From the NCBI RefSeq assembly GCF_006345805.1, contig NC_043007.1, positions 49,228,001-49,292,000 of the forward strand: a DNA stretch of 64,000 bases, in the 5' to 3' direction. The notes beneath the pieces were generated by a model. It was not told the DNA's origin, did no database searches, and saw only the letters and a program-made list of their open reading frames with translations. Below are positions 25,946 to 38,549 of the stretch, piece by piece. The DNA is from Octopus sinensis (Eukaryota). Every line of letters begins with the position of its first letter. Positions within the stretch are counted from its first letter, which is position 1. A program made the translations under genes and the position numbers.

Positions 25946-26347
25946 ATCACTCGTTTTTGTCTCTTTGTCTATTTGCAAAATTGCAAAATTACTGGAAAAC
26001 GGTTAAACAGATTTTCACCACATTTGGTAGAAATACTCAGTGGGCGAGTGGCTCGAAATGATGAACATTTGCACTGATTATCTTTAAAAGAATTTTTTTT
26101 TTTAATCGGACTTACAGATTTTCTGCTAAGTGGTCATATTTTGTTGGCTTTCTTTTTCAAATGAATCGACCCTCGTCTGTATCTGTATAGAGCATGCAGT
26201 ACATATGCGCGTAGACACATGTGGGCACATACATACATAAATACATACATAGGCTTGTGAATTTGTGTGTGCGTGTGTGTGTGTGTGTCTCTCTGTGTGC
26301 GTGTGTGTTTGCGTGTGTGTGTGTTCCTCTCTGTGTGCGTGTGTGTT

Positions 26348-26388
<41 letters not shown>

Positions 26389-26884
26389 ATGGATTCGTGG
26401 GTTTCATTTATTTACGACTCGATTTCTTAATTTCACTGGAGTATGCAAACCTATGATAGTGATACTTAACGAAAAACTAAAAAATAATGAGAAATCGAAC
26501 TTAAACATTTCCCGATAAACAAGTGGTCGTATTATTTTGTTCACTTTCTTTTTCATTTGAATCGACTCTCGTCTGCGTGTGTATAGATAATGGTGTACCT
26601 ATGTGCGTGAACATGTCAGGGTACATACATACACACATAAATACATAGATATCCGACTCTCCGTTTGTGCGCGCGCGCGCGGATGTGTATACAGTGATGA
26701 ATTCGTGGGTTACGTTTATTTCTTAACTTCACCGGAGTATAATACCTATAATGGAGTAAAAATACCTATAAAAAGCTGATTCAGTTCAATGAAAAAGCAT
26801 GGGTAAGCAACGCATTGTAATCCACATGCGAAAAAAAATTATCTACGCTCAGGATAAGCATCACCACTGCGGTGCCTTTGTTTT

Positions 26885-26952
<68 letters not shown>

Positions 26953-26954
26953 TA

Positions 26955-27207
26955 AGGCTGTGAGCTGGCAGAATCATTAGCGCGCTGGCTGAAATGCTCT
27001 GCAGTATTTCGTCCTTCGTTACCTTCTGAGTTCAAATTCCACCGAGGTTGACTTTGTCTTTCATCCTTTCGGAGTCGATAAATCAAGTACCAGTTGAGTA
27101 CTGGGTCGATGTAATTGACTATCCCCCTCCCATCCCCCAAATTTCAGGTCTTGCGCCAATAGTAGAAAAAGTTATTATTATTGTCATTATTATTATTATT
27201 ATTATTA

Positions 27208-27239
<32 letters not shown>

Positions 27240-27900
27240 GTTAAGGTGGTGAGCTGGCAGAATCGTTAGCACACCGGTCGAAAGGCTTAGCAGTATTTCA
27301 CCCGTCTTTACAATCTGAGCCAAAATTTGAAACCATTATTATTATTACGAAAAAGTGATCTGGCAGAATCGTTAGTCTGCTGGACAAAATGCTTCACAGC
27401 AGTTCTTTTGGCTTAACGTTCGTAGTTCAAATTCCGCGGAGGTCGACTGTGCCATTTCTTCTTTCGTACTCGATAAAATTAGTATCCATTGAGCCCTGGT
27501 TCGGAGTAACCGAGTAGCTTCCTCCACCAAAATTCCAAGCCTCGTGCCTTTAGATGTTGACTTTGTCTTTCATCCTTTCAGAGACGATAAAAATGTACCT
27601 GTCAAGTCTTGTGATCGATGTGGTCGACTTTCTCCTCGCCTTAAAAATGCTGGCCTTGTGCCAAAAATAGAAACAATTATTAATATTATTATGAAAGCTA
27701 CAAAGGTGGTGAGCTGACAGAATCGTTAGCACCCTGGGCAAAATGTTTAGCAACATTTCGTCCGTCTTTACGTTCTGAGTTCAAATTCCGCCGAGGTCGA
27801 CTTTGCCTTTCATCCTTTTAAGGTCAATAAAATAAGTATCAGGTAAGTACTCGGGCCGATGTAATCGACTAGTCCCCTCCCCAAAAGTTTCAAGATATTA
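26955..27900 (+). mobile_element. Head-to-tail array of about five family-1 SINEs, several separated by (ATT)n
   Basis: Heads AAGG.GG.GAGCTGGCAGAATC at about 26955, 27243, 27355 and 27703, plus a headless copy near 27560. Confidence 0.85.
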
Positions 27901-27996
27901 AAATTGATTAATGTATTAGATAGCTTACTCAGCACATACATACTGAATCCATAAAACTTTATCATAACTGTGAACTTAAAATATATCTTCCTACAG

Positions 27997-28199
27997 GGTA
28001 TCGTTATTCCTGGTTTTACCATGATATTGGAGATGTTTCCTGCTGACAAACGGACACTAGTTTCATGCACACTGGGGGTTTGGTGGAGTATATGTGTTAT
28101 GATCCTAGCGTTGGTTGCCTATGTCATGAGACATTCAGAATGGAGATGGCTCTGTGCCGTTTTTGGGATTCCCGGGATCATATGTATATTTCAATTTTG
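27997..28199 (+). CDS. SLC22-family transporter exon (TM4-TM6)
   Basis: cctacag/GGT..TG/gtaagg; GIVIPGFTMILEMFPADKRT..WRWL..IFQF(W). Confidence 0.93.
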
Positions 28200-28864
28200 G
28201 TAAGGAATTTCTTGTGATTTTTTTCAAACTACTTCTTCGTTTTAATTTTCTCTTTGTCTTTTATTTATTTCTTTTGCATTTTCTTTCGTGGTGAAAATTC
28301 CAATATTAGATGTGACAAAATAACAAAAGATATGTTTTATTCTTTTGCTTTTTTTTTTGCATATATGCTAATTAAATATCATGCTAAGCCTGTATCTTTA
28401 GTTCCGAGAGTGTGCCCTGAAGCTCTTTGGGTACTCAAAACGTTTCGGGATTGCTAAGGAAGAGCGTTTACAATGAATGAAGAGCTTCCTGCAGCGGGAC
28501 TGGGTAAGATTTAGAACTATCTGTTAAATCTTCCGTGAGTGGAATTCATGATCCGAAGAAAACTGGTAATAATCTGCAGCTGAACTAATTTGATCTGCAA
28601 TTCTCCTATATACCAATTTACACGAGTTACTTGTTAATACTGACTGAATTCGCTAGAGCATGATGCAATATATCACTGACTGATCTTAGCTAATGAGAAT
28701 CCATTCCACAGATGCTTTATTCAGCTAGGTATTGTCTTAGATGCGGTACGAAACTGTGTAACAATGGGATCAATAATTAACTGTTCCTTAAAAGAGAAAG
28801 AAAGAAAGAAAGAAAGAGCAGGCATATCTTAGAAGAAATTTAGTTCTTTAGTTTGAATTAGCCA

Positions 28865-29355
28865 TAGGTGCAGGAGTGGCTTTGTGGTAAAAAGCTTGCT
28901 TACCACATCTCATCTCATTAATATCTTTGTCCAGCCCGTAGTTTCTCCATCTGTGTACGGCTTTCATAGCCCATATAATAAAATAAAGAAGCTTGCTTAC
29001 CAGCCACATGGTTCCGAGTTCAGTCCCATCACGTGACACCTTGGGCGAGTGTCTTCTACTATAGCCTCGAGCCGACCAAAGCCTTGTGAGTGGATTTGGT
29101 AGACAGAAACTGAAAGAAGCCCGTTGTATATATATATGTGTGTTGTTATTTATGTCTGTGTTTATCATCCCGCCATCGCTTGACAATCGATGTTCATGTG
29201 TTTACGTCCCCGTAATTTAGTGGTTCGGCAAAAGAGAACGATAGAAGAAGTACTAGGCTTACAATAAAAATCCTGGAGTCGATGTGTCCGATTAAAGGTG
29301 GTGCTTCAGCATGACCGCAGTTAAATGACTGAAACATGTAAATGAATAAAAAGAA
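28865..29355 (+). mobile_element. Family-2 SINE with duplicated head segment
   Basis: Matches 1439..1888. Confidence 0.8.
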
Positions 29356-29479
29356 TAATGGCTAATACGTCGTTGAAGCATCGCTTGGTTGTTATAAATT
29401 GAAGACATTTTCAGTGAGTAGATTTTCAGACGAAATAGCTTGTGGCTGCGGCAGACGTGGAAGATCTCTGAAACTCTGC

Positions 29480-30290
29480 TCAGCGATTTTAGTGGTTATT
29501 TCAAGACCCGGGATTTTTCAGTGAAAGCATAATTTGCTGTACCGTGTCCCGATAGAGTATGTGAGAGTTCTGTCCATTGTTTAAAGTTGTAATTCTGCTA
29601 TTCCGCAATCGCAAAACATATTGCTGACAAAGGTATGTATTTCTTTTTATCCATCGATCTGAATGAGTATTTATGTTCACTGTAGCTGATATTGAAATCA
29701 TTCGTGGTGGGTTCCGTTGAATTCCCTCAATACTGTCTGTGAGTGTCAAGGACGCACTGTATACCACTTCTTTGGAGAGAGATAAGTTCCTTTGAATCGG
29801 AAGTTTAGAATTTTCCGCAACCATAAGCTGGATATTGAAAGCAGTAAAATTACGACTAGATGTATGTCTTAGATTGCGACGTGGATGCTGCAGGAAAGGA
29901 CGCTGTCCGAACAAACTTAAATCATTGAATTTATTGGCTTTGAAAGTTTATGATATTTATGTGTGATTGGAAATTAATTTTTGATAGTCATTGAAGATTT
30001 CTCTTCATGTTAGTAGTTTCATTCATGCTGTAGAGTGGGTTGAAAGAATTGTGCTTGTTATCCTGGTTTTGTAGTTATGAGGGAGGAGTTATATTTCTTG
30101 TAAAATGTTTTCATTAATCTCGCTTCTTGATAGTATATTGCTATAGTAAGAGCGGGTGGGATTGCAAATATCCTTAAATATCATTTACAAACTTCTTGAT
30201 TATGGATGAGGACTGAGCGTTCTTGTATATATAAATAGTTTTCTCGCTTGGTTTTCTGGAAGTTTGATGTGCTCCTGCACTTAGAACTTA
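29480..30290 (-). mobile_element. Penelope-like element, thumb to GIY-YIG remnant
   Basis: RKPSEKTIYI, FNP.YS, LSKEVVYSA motifs across frames; heavily decayed. Confidence 0.6.
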
Positions 30291-30422
30291 TGGTTTTTCA
30301 AAATTATACTGTTTTTGCGGTGTCAAAGTGTCCTATATTTTGTGATATATATATATTTTGCATATTTTTCTCCGTCTTTTAACACGTACGTGTATATTCA
30401 TAAATACACACACACACACACA

Positions 30423-30474
<52 letters not shown>

Positions 30475-30494
30475 CGTGCGTGTGTATGCACATA

Positions 30495-31340
30495 TCCGAA
30501 GAGGTGCTGAAAAAGTTTCTGGCTTTCGGTAAAATATAATACAGGAAGATCAGTTAATTATAATGCTATTCAACATATTCCCCTCTCAGATTCACACTCG
30601 TATTGCAGCGGCCCTTCAGATTTTCCAAGACTAGTGAAAAGAAATACGGATAGTTGGACCGCCAAACAAGCCTCTGAAGCAGCGATCACTTCCGAATTAG
30701 AGTGAAATTTTTGTTCCCTTGAGTTGATTTTACCGTTGTGGAAAGAGACGATAGACGGTGGGGGCCAAATCAGGATAATAAGGTGGGTGGTCTACCAATT
30801 TGAAGCCAATGTCATCCATTTTCCGTAGAGTTTTAATGTGCTGTGTGTGCTGGTGCATTGGCATGCAAGAAGCAGGGTACCACGACTCGGTTTTCCACGG
30901 CGTTTCTGCTCCAAAGCTTCACGCAGTTCATCCATAGGATCATGTCGAATTCTGCTTTAATGGTTGAACCTTTTGGCAAGTATTTTATGAAGCATACTCT
31001 GTCTTGTCCCAAAACATTGAAGCTAGAATCTTTCCTGCTGGCTTCTGGGTCCGAAACGTCTTAAAATTCAGGTGAACTGCTGTGGGGCGCCACTCCATTG
31101 ATTGCTACTTAGTCTGGGGATCATAATAATGAAGGCAGATTTCATCCATGGTGACTAAACGAGACATAGTGTTTCATCATGGTGCAAAGCGGTCCCAAAA
31201 TAGCCTTTCATGTCGTTACGCGGATGTGCTTCTGTTCTGCGTTCAGGCATTTCGGTACCCATTTGGCCTTCTCATGTCCAGGAGTGTTGTAGATAATGTG
31301 ACCAACTCTCTCGCGGAAAATCTACAGAGTCTCAGCTATG
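30495..31340 (-). mobile_element. mariner remnant
   Basis: KWVPKCLNAEQK, TMDEICLHYYDP, HPPYYPDLAP, GEYVE* and a TIR-like end near 30500. Confidence 0.8.
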
Positions 31341-31420
31341 ACTTTAGCTGAAATCCGGCTTGTTCTCTGTTATCACAGAAGTTGGTGGTCCTGACCTAAA
31401 AATGGCTAATCGGAAACCTC

Positions 31421-32093
31421 GGGGAGAGTCATTTTCTTTTTGTGCCTTATAATATAAACACATCACCGGTAAAATCTTCATTGATTTCTTATTTTTATTT
31501 TTCTACGATTTTCGTTGCGTCTTGCAACCTTTTCAATAGTTTTGGCTCTGTCCATTATTTACACTGCATTCCTTTTTGTTTGTTTGTGCGCATGTGTGTG
31601 GGTCAGTGGTGTATGTGTTTTGCAACTATGTACCATGTTTGTATGTATGGATGTGCATCCTATAGTGTGAACCCGTGTCTCGATATGTGTCCTTGTGTGG
31701 AGTAAAGTGTGTATGTATATGTGGTCATGTGTTTCAGTCTCCATTTGCATATGTGTTCTTGACTGTTCATATAACCTATGTACCTATCCGTCTGTATATG
31801 ATTTGTTTATTTTCATATCCATATGCTTACATACAAAAAAAAAACATAGATACACTCACACACACCACACACATACATACATATATCTACATAACATAGA
31901 AAATACACCAAACGCGGACATGCAAGCACGTGAATATGCAGAATACATACATACATACAGATGCACACACATACATACATATATATATATATGTATGCAT
32001 ACACACACCTATATATACACACACACATGCGTACATATATACATACATACATACATACATACATACGTACATGCATGCATAGGCACACACACA

Positions 32094-32127
<34 letters not shown>

Positions 32128-32400
32128 GACCCACATACATGCGCACAAACAAACAAAAAGGAACGCAGTGTAAATAACTAACAGAGTCAAGACTATTGAA
32201 AAGGTTACAAGACGTAACGAAAATTTTAGGAAAAAAATTTTTAGGAAATAAAATAAGAAATCAGTGGAAATTTTGCTGGTGTGTGTGTTGGTTAAATTAT
32301 AAGGCACCAAAAGAAAATGACTCTCCCCATACACAACAGAATATGCTTCAGCACACGAACTCATATAAGAATCTTACAAACCAAATCCAAAAACGAAATA
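31421..32400. repeat. Inverted (head-to-head) dimer of the 6470..7107 repeat
   Basis: 31421..31604 is the reverse complement of 32128..32328. Confidence 0.8.
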
Positions 32401-32485
32401 CACACACACACATTATATATATATTACATACATACATACATACAAAATACATACATACATGCATATTCATATTCATATTATGCAG

Positions 32486-32791
32486 GTACTTAAGAGAAGC
32501 TTTCGATGGTTGTTCGCAAAAGGGAAATTGTAGAAGCCGAAAGAATTGTGAAACGCGCAGCAAAACTTAACGGAGTCGTTTCGAAGCGGCATGGACAAAA
32601 TGTCTGAAATCTAATGAATCTGCCATGGAAATGCATCGATTAGGTGAACAGTCCAAAGAACTGATTGACAGAATGGAACAAACCCTGAAGACGAAGCCGA
32701 AGTTCATCCTAAAGAAACTGCGCTTGGATTGTGGACCATGATGAAATACAGAACAACCAGAAACATGACACTAGTTTATCATGTTCGCATG
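32486..32791 (+). pseudogene. SLC22-family exon (TM6-TM7 loop), about five single-base frameshifts as written
   Basis: tgcag/G..TG/gtaatt with correct phase 2/2; pieces YLRE-S-FRWLFAKGK-VEAERIVKRAAKLNGV-FEAAWTKCL..-GLWTMMKYRTTRNMTLV-IMFAW lie in shifting frames; unshifted frame stops at 32568-32570. Confidence 0.88.
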
Positions 32792-32814
32792 GTAATTCTT
32801 CTTCTTCTTATAAT

Positions 32815-34010
32815 AACCCTTTCTACTGGAAGCACAGGCCTCAAATTTGGGGGAAGGGATTAAGTCAGTTACATCGATCCTAGTGTGTAACTGGTAATTA
32901 TTTCATTGACCTCTCCCCGCAAATAATGAAAGGCAAAAGTCGACCTTGGCGGATTTGAACTCAAAACGTAAAGACGAACGAAATATTGCCAAGCATTTTG
33001 CCCGGCGTGCTAACGATTTCTGCTAATTATTTTACTGTTATTAGTTGATGGACATTGGAATGTTTAGCTCGAGAGACACAATAAAGCATTCTGTTCTTAC
33101 TTACGATCCCTTATGTTATGAATTCTACTCACACTGCAGGCATCAAGAAATTACAAGAAGGTGTTCTAATAAGCTGCACTGTAATACTAGTGAAATACTA
33201 CACTGCAAATACCAGTGAAATATTACAGTGCAATACCAGTGAAACAACGGAATCCGTAGCATCGACCTATCCATTGCTCTTAATATTGCTGACCTAGTGC
33301 CTAAATCATAAAATAAGGCAGTGAAATGGGAGTATCAATGGCGTGTCGGAGAAAATGCAAAGCGACATTTCTTCCGGCTCTTTAGTTTCAGAGTTTAAGA
33401 CTCGCAGAGGTCAACTTTGCTCAATAAACTAGTACCAGTTCAGGCCTGGGGTCGATGTAATCTTCTAAAATTACTGGCCATTGTACCAAAATTTAAACCA
33501 TTGTTATTGTTGTTGAAGCTGTTGTTCTTATTCTGTTCCTGTTATTAGTGTTGTTAAGGTGTCGAGCTGGAAGAATCGTTTGCGCGCCGGGCAAAATGCT
33601 TAGCGGTATTTTGTCTGGCTTTAAAGTTCTGAGTTCAGACTCAACCCATGTCGACTTTGCTTTTTATCCTTTCAGGGTCGATAAATTATGTCCAATCGAG
33701 TACTGGGGTCAATGTAATTGTCTGTACCTTCTCTCCGAATTTCAGGCTTTGAGCCTATAATAGAAAGGATTATTATTATTGTTGTTATTATTGCTGTTAT
33801 TATTTTACTACTACTACTACTACTACTCTTATTTAGGCGGCGAGCTGGCAGAATTGTTACTGCTCTGGACAAAATTCTTTCCTGATTTCAAATGTCACCA
33901 ATGTCGACTTTGCCTTCATCATTTTAGGAATTAATATTATAAGTACTAGCACTGCAATCGACATGCCCGCTCTTTTAAAATTGCTAGCTTAGTACAAAAC
34001 GTGGAAACCA
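32815..34010. mobile_element. Cluster of about four family-1 SINEs (one minus, three plus)
   Basis: Copies at about 32820-33025 (-), 33330-33500, 33557-33775 and 33835-34010 (+). Confidence 0.75.
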
Positions 34011-35254
34011 TTATTAGTTCACCATCAATAGATGAGACTCGAACTCTTTCGAACTTTATCGAAAATTCCGCCGTCCATGCACTTTTAAGATTGTGATCGC
34101 AAACGAACTGCTCATTTATGGTAGAGAAATTTAGACACCGACATGGCGGCGTTGTTAAGAAGATATATTTGCATCTTCGTGGTTTTGCGTAGAGCTTTAA
34201 GCAAAATTCCTCTTTTTTAATCTCATGTTGATCGGTTCCTTCCAAGTATATTGTAACTGGAATCAGTGCAGGTAATATGCACAAGTCTACATTGTGCTAT
34301 ATTCTTTCCTTTCCGTTCTTTTCATTTATCAAGAGTAAGCCACTGCTCTAATTTATTTTTATTTTGAATTTCTTATTGAGCACTTTGCAATTAATATTTC
34401 GCTTTTGAATTAGATGTAAAGTGCATTATACATGTATTGTACTTTACATCTAATTCAAAATTATGCATACATGTACGAATGCATATATACAAACATTTAT
34501 ATCAACAAATAAGCTAGGCATCATAAAAGCAGATGGACATCGAATGAATTTCTTTGTACTGAATTACAGGCAATCCATTACCATATTTGTTATTCGCCAA
34601 CTTAACAAATGCAGTTAAACCTATTATCATAATATATAGTTTAGAATTACAATGCAAAATATACTATTAATATTTTATTGATAGTGACTTCTAAGTTTTG
34701 CAAGTAGTAAGCGTCGAAAGACTAACGAGGCCAACAACGAGCAAAATATCAGAGTCATTGCCTTTAGATTAAAAATAACACATATTGAATCTATCATTTA
34801 ATGTTCGCATCTTTTTACTCATAAAGCTATCCTTTAATTAAGCAAAATTCCTTATATTTGGTCGTGGCAGACGCAGAATTGTGAAAGGCACAACCAGATA
34901 TTGGAAATATATAGCTCTTGTAAACATTCTTTACATTTACTAAAACCTCAGCCACACGATTCGGCAGCGTCCTGCGAGCAGGCGTTAGGTGCCTGTTATC
35001 GGGTAAATTTGGCGAACAAACCAGCAGAGTGCTCATGTCTGTCGTTGAGCGAAATCACCAGACAATGGTGACATACCTGGTGGTCTGCAGCCAGGTATTA
35101 TTGCTCTTAGCTGTTCATGCAGCATACCATGGTTACACTCACCGGCGTTCGACTAAGACTTCCACAAACTTCACTGTTGATTTCAGAAGGTTAACAGCAA
35201 CGTCTTAGAAACTCAGGACTCGTGGTAGATGCATAATTTATTTTTAACTTTTTA

Positions 35255-35650
35255 CTTATTTCAGTCATCGGGCTGTGGCCATGCTGGGGCACGGCCTTGA
35301 AATTTTATTCTAATGAATTAACCCCAGCTCTTATTTTAATAAAGCCAGCAACTTATTCTATCGATGTCTTAAGTTGAACCGCTAGTTTACTGAGACGTAA
35401 ACACACCAACACCAGTTGTCGAGTGGTGGGTGGATGGGGACAAACACAGCCACACACGCTGATATATATGCATATATGTATATACGACGGCTTTCTTTCA
35501 GTTTCCGTCTACCACATCTACTCACAAGGCTTTGGTCAGCCCAAGGCTATAGTAGAAGACACCTGCTCAAAGTGCAACGTAGTGGGACTTAACCTGGAAT
35601 CATGTGGTTGGAAAGCAAACTTCTTACTAAACAGCCACGACTGCGCCACA
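35255..35650 (-). mobile_element. Family-2 SINE
   Basis: Colinear with 846..1241. Confidence 0.75.
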
Positions 35651-35774
35651 AATACATATAAAACAAAAATAGTTATATTTGATAATTTAAAACAAAAAAC
35701 TGAACACTATGTGTAATAATACTTTTAAGAAAGAACAAAAGCCAAATGTCTGTCTTGTTTCCCCTGTATTTCAG

Positions 35775-35909
35775 GCTCATTACCAGTTTGACATATTTCG
35801 GACTCTACTTGACCTCCAGTAGTTTGTCTGGTGACCGTCATTTGAATTTCTTCCTCACTGCAGCCATGGAACTTCCCTCCAGTTTCCTCGTCTACAAATT
35901 ATTCTCGCT
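35775..35909 (+). CDS. SLC22-family transporter exon (TM7-TM8)
   Basis: tttcag/G CTC ATT..; (W)LITSLTYFGLYL..LSGDRHLNFFL..MELPS; phase requires the weak donor gttcgt at 35910. Confidence 0.88.
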
Positions 35910-35941
35910 GTTCGTAAATATTTTATATTTGATTCACTTAC

Positions 35942-35979
<38 letters not shown>

Positions 35980-36603
35980 GCAGACAGGCAGACAGAAAGA
36001 TATTTGTATTTGTGTGAATGTTTTTAACACATGTGCGTTCTAAATCTTAATTTAGAAGATTAATGAAGATTACAGGGTGGATAAATCATTAACTGATACA
36101 GAGCATTCTGGTGACAAATGATCAGGGCTCGCTAAAAGCTTTATGTGTTATGAGATGTGTACATTAAAGTAACGATGGATGTTATAAAGAGAGAGAAAGG
36201 GAGAAAGAGTGAAAAGGGGGGAGAGACAGACAGACAGAGAGTTGGGGTAGATGAATGAAATATTGAACAGGGGCTGGTGATTGTAAGTACAATAATTTTA
36301 CAAGTTTTGTTATTATGTATACCCCAGAATAACCTTAGATCATCTGTCTATGATCAAAACAATTCCAATTGCTATAATTTTGCCTCTTTTTTCCAAACAC
36401 ATTCTATTTTCAACTGTGTTATCAAATATGTCTTGCTTTCATCTAAGACAAAAAGATATGATTTCAGGCGGCTAACTTGTGGAATTGTGAAAGAATCATT
36501 TTGACTGCCTTTCGCAATCGTTGTTCCAGCTCTGAACTCCAGTCCTTCGAGGTCAACTTTATCTTTTGTCCTTTCGAAAATATAAGCCAGTCAAACATTG
36601 GAG

Positions 36604-36677
<74 letters not shown>

Positions 36678-36920
36678 GTCTCTCTTTCTCTCTCTCTCTC
36701 TCCACCCTCTCTCTCTTTCAATCCTTCTTACCCTTCTCACTCTCTACTTTTATCTCGCTCTCTTTCCTTCTCACTCTCTCCGTCGCTGCCTTTCTTTATT
36801 GCATTGTACATATCACTGAAAGGTCTACTACGATATCTGAGATAATTTACTCCATGTACCAGTCTATGAAACTCATCATTCAAGCTCACCACCAGAATCT
36901 TATTTTGTACCATTTTTCAG

Positions 36921-37007
36921 ATTTGGACGGAAGAAAGCCATCATAATTCTTATTGGTGCCTCAGGTGTGACATTGTTAACCGTGGCAGTTTCTGAAGTCA
37001 GTCGGTG
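36921..37007 (+). CDS. SLC22-family transporter exon (TM9)
   Basis: ttttcag/A TTT GGA CGG AAG..TG/gtaaga; FGRKKAIIILIGASGVTLLTVAV. Confidence 0.88.
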
Positions 37008-37073
37008 GTAAGACACCTAGCTTTTATCGGCAATATTTATGCACAAAAAGTTGATTATATATATATATATAGC

Positions 37074-37144
<71 letters not shown>

Positions 37145-37470
37145 ATTCCTCTCATCATTATCTATAAGAGATTTCATTTCTCCTGGTGAAAAGGATAAGG
37201 GAGTGTATGTAAATGGACACAGAACAAACACCACTTGGCCTTGACAACACAAGACTTTCGGTGCAGTAGATCTCAAAAATTCCAAACTACACTACACTAA
37301 TATAAAGCTATTAATATTTCCCTTACAAAACTCTGACATATTCACTGCATGAAACAGAATAAATTAAGCTAATTTAGAAACGGAATGAGAGCGGTCAGTG
37401 TATAAACGAAAAAAACAAACACTACGTGAACAAGGAAAATCACATGGCGATGAAAAGACTCGACAGCATG

Positions 37471-37507
<37 letters not shown>

Positions 37508-37744
37508 GCACGCATACACACACACACACACACATGAACACACACTGAGATTCAATGCAAACACAACAATGATTGACCAGAAGATCTTTCTAAAACGAGA
37601 TTGTATGAATTGACATAACAAAAGCAGAAATGTTAACTTGATCGCACACTTATTTTCTCTTTACACTTTTATCTTGAATATTTAAGACGATCTTGTTAAC
37701 AGAGAGGGGGAACAGAAAGAGATAGAGATAGCGATAAAATATAT

Positions 37745-37817
<73 letters not shown>

Positions 37818-38313
37818 TGATAGATAGATAGAGAAGAGAGAGAGAGAGAGAAGAGAGAGAAGAGAGAGAGAAAGAAGGAAAGGTAAGTCATCTGATTTAT
37901 GCAATTTTTTCTATTTTGTGTTTAACTCTCTTTGCATGAAGCGGTTAAAGATCAAATTACACTGACATAAGGTCAGATATATTTGAATAATCCAAAAACT
38001 TCGAGGCCAAGTCTATTAAATATCAGTGAATTTTTTTAGCGAATTTTAAAAAAATTACCAGGTTACCATTTTACATCTAGAAGGTATCATCAAATGTGGT
38101 TGTTGGTGTTGTTATCATCGAAAAGAAGATATCAACTGATCAGAAGTTAAATATATAAAATAACTTTTGAATTGAATTCATATTTGCTCGTTTTCGGTTG
38201 TCAAGCCATAATATGAGATGAATAAGCATCACATATTTTCATTTCGATCTAGAAGCCCAGAAGCAACCTGTTTTGAGTTTGTGATAATGTTGACCTCTAT
38301 TTTCTATTTACAG

Positions 38314-38432
38314 ACAGTGACGCCATCAATACTTCTACAGTAGTTTTTGTCTTTGCTTGGAATGATCGGTATCAGTGGTGCCTTTGGTGGTGTATGGTTA
38401 TATACTCCTGAAGTCTATCCGACTACATTAAG
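38314..38432 (+). pseudogene. SLC22-family exon (TM10), one frameshift in a T5 run
   Basis: DAINTSTVV then LSLLGMIGISGAFGGVWLYTPEVYPTTL(R)/gttagc; frames differ across 38344-38348; acceptor is 38313 or 38317. Confidence 0.85.
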
Positions 38433-38481
38433 GTTAGCATTAATCACAAATATATACACGTTCTTTTGTGTGTATATGTGC

Positions 38482-38526
<45 letters not shown>

Positions 38527-38549
38527 ATATATATATAATATATATATAT

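Noticed and set aside
25955-26770. Possible Helentron/DINE-like non-autonomous element with a duplicated internal unit
   Set aside because: Resemblance rests on one short motif (GATTTTCACCACATTTGG); a two-unit duplication is visible but the class cannot be supported.
26955-27900. Repeat-spacer pattern as a CRISPR array, or SINE heads as tRNA genes
   Set aside because: Units are ~200-bp diverged SINEs with microsatellite linkers in eukaryotic DNA; there are no cas genes and no complete cloverleaf.
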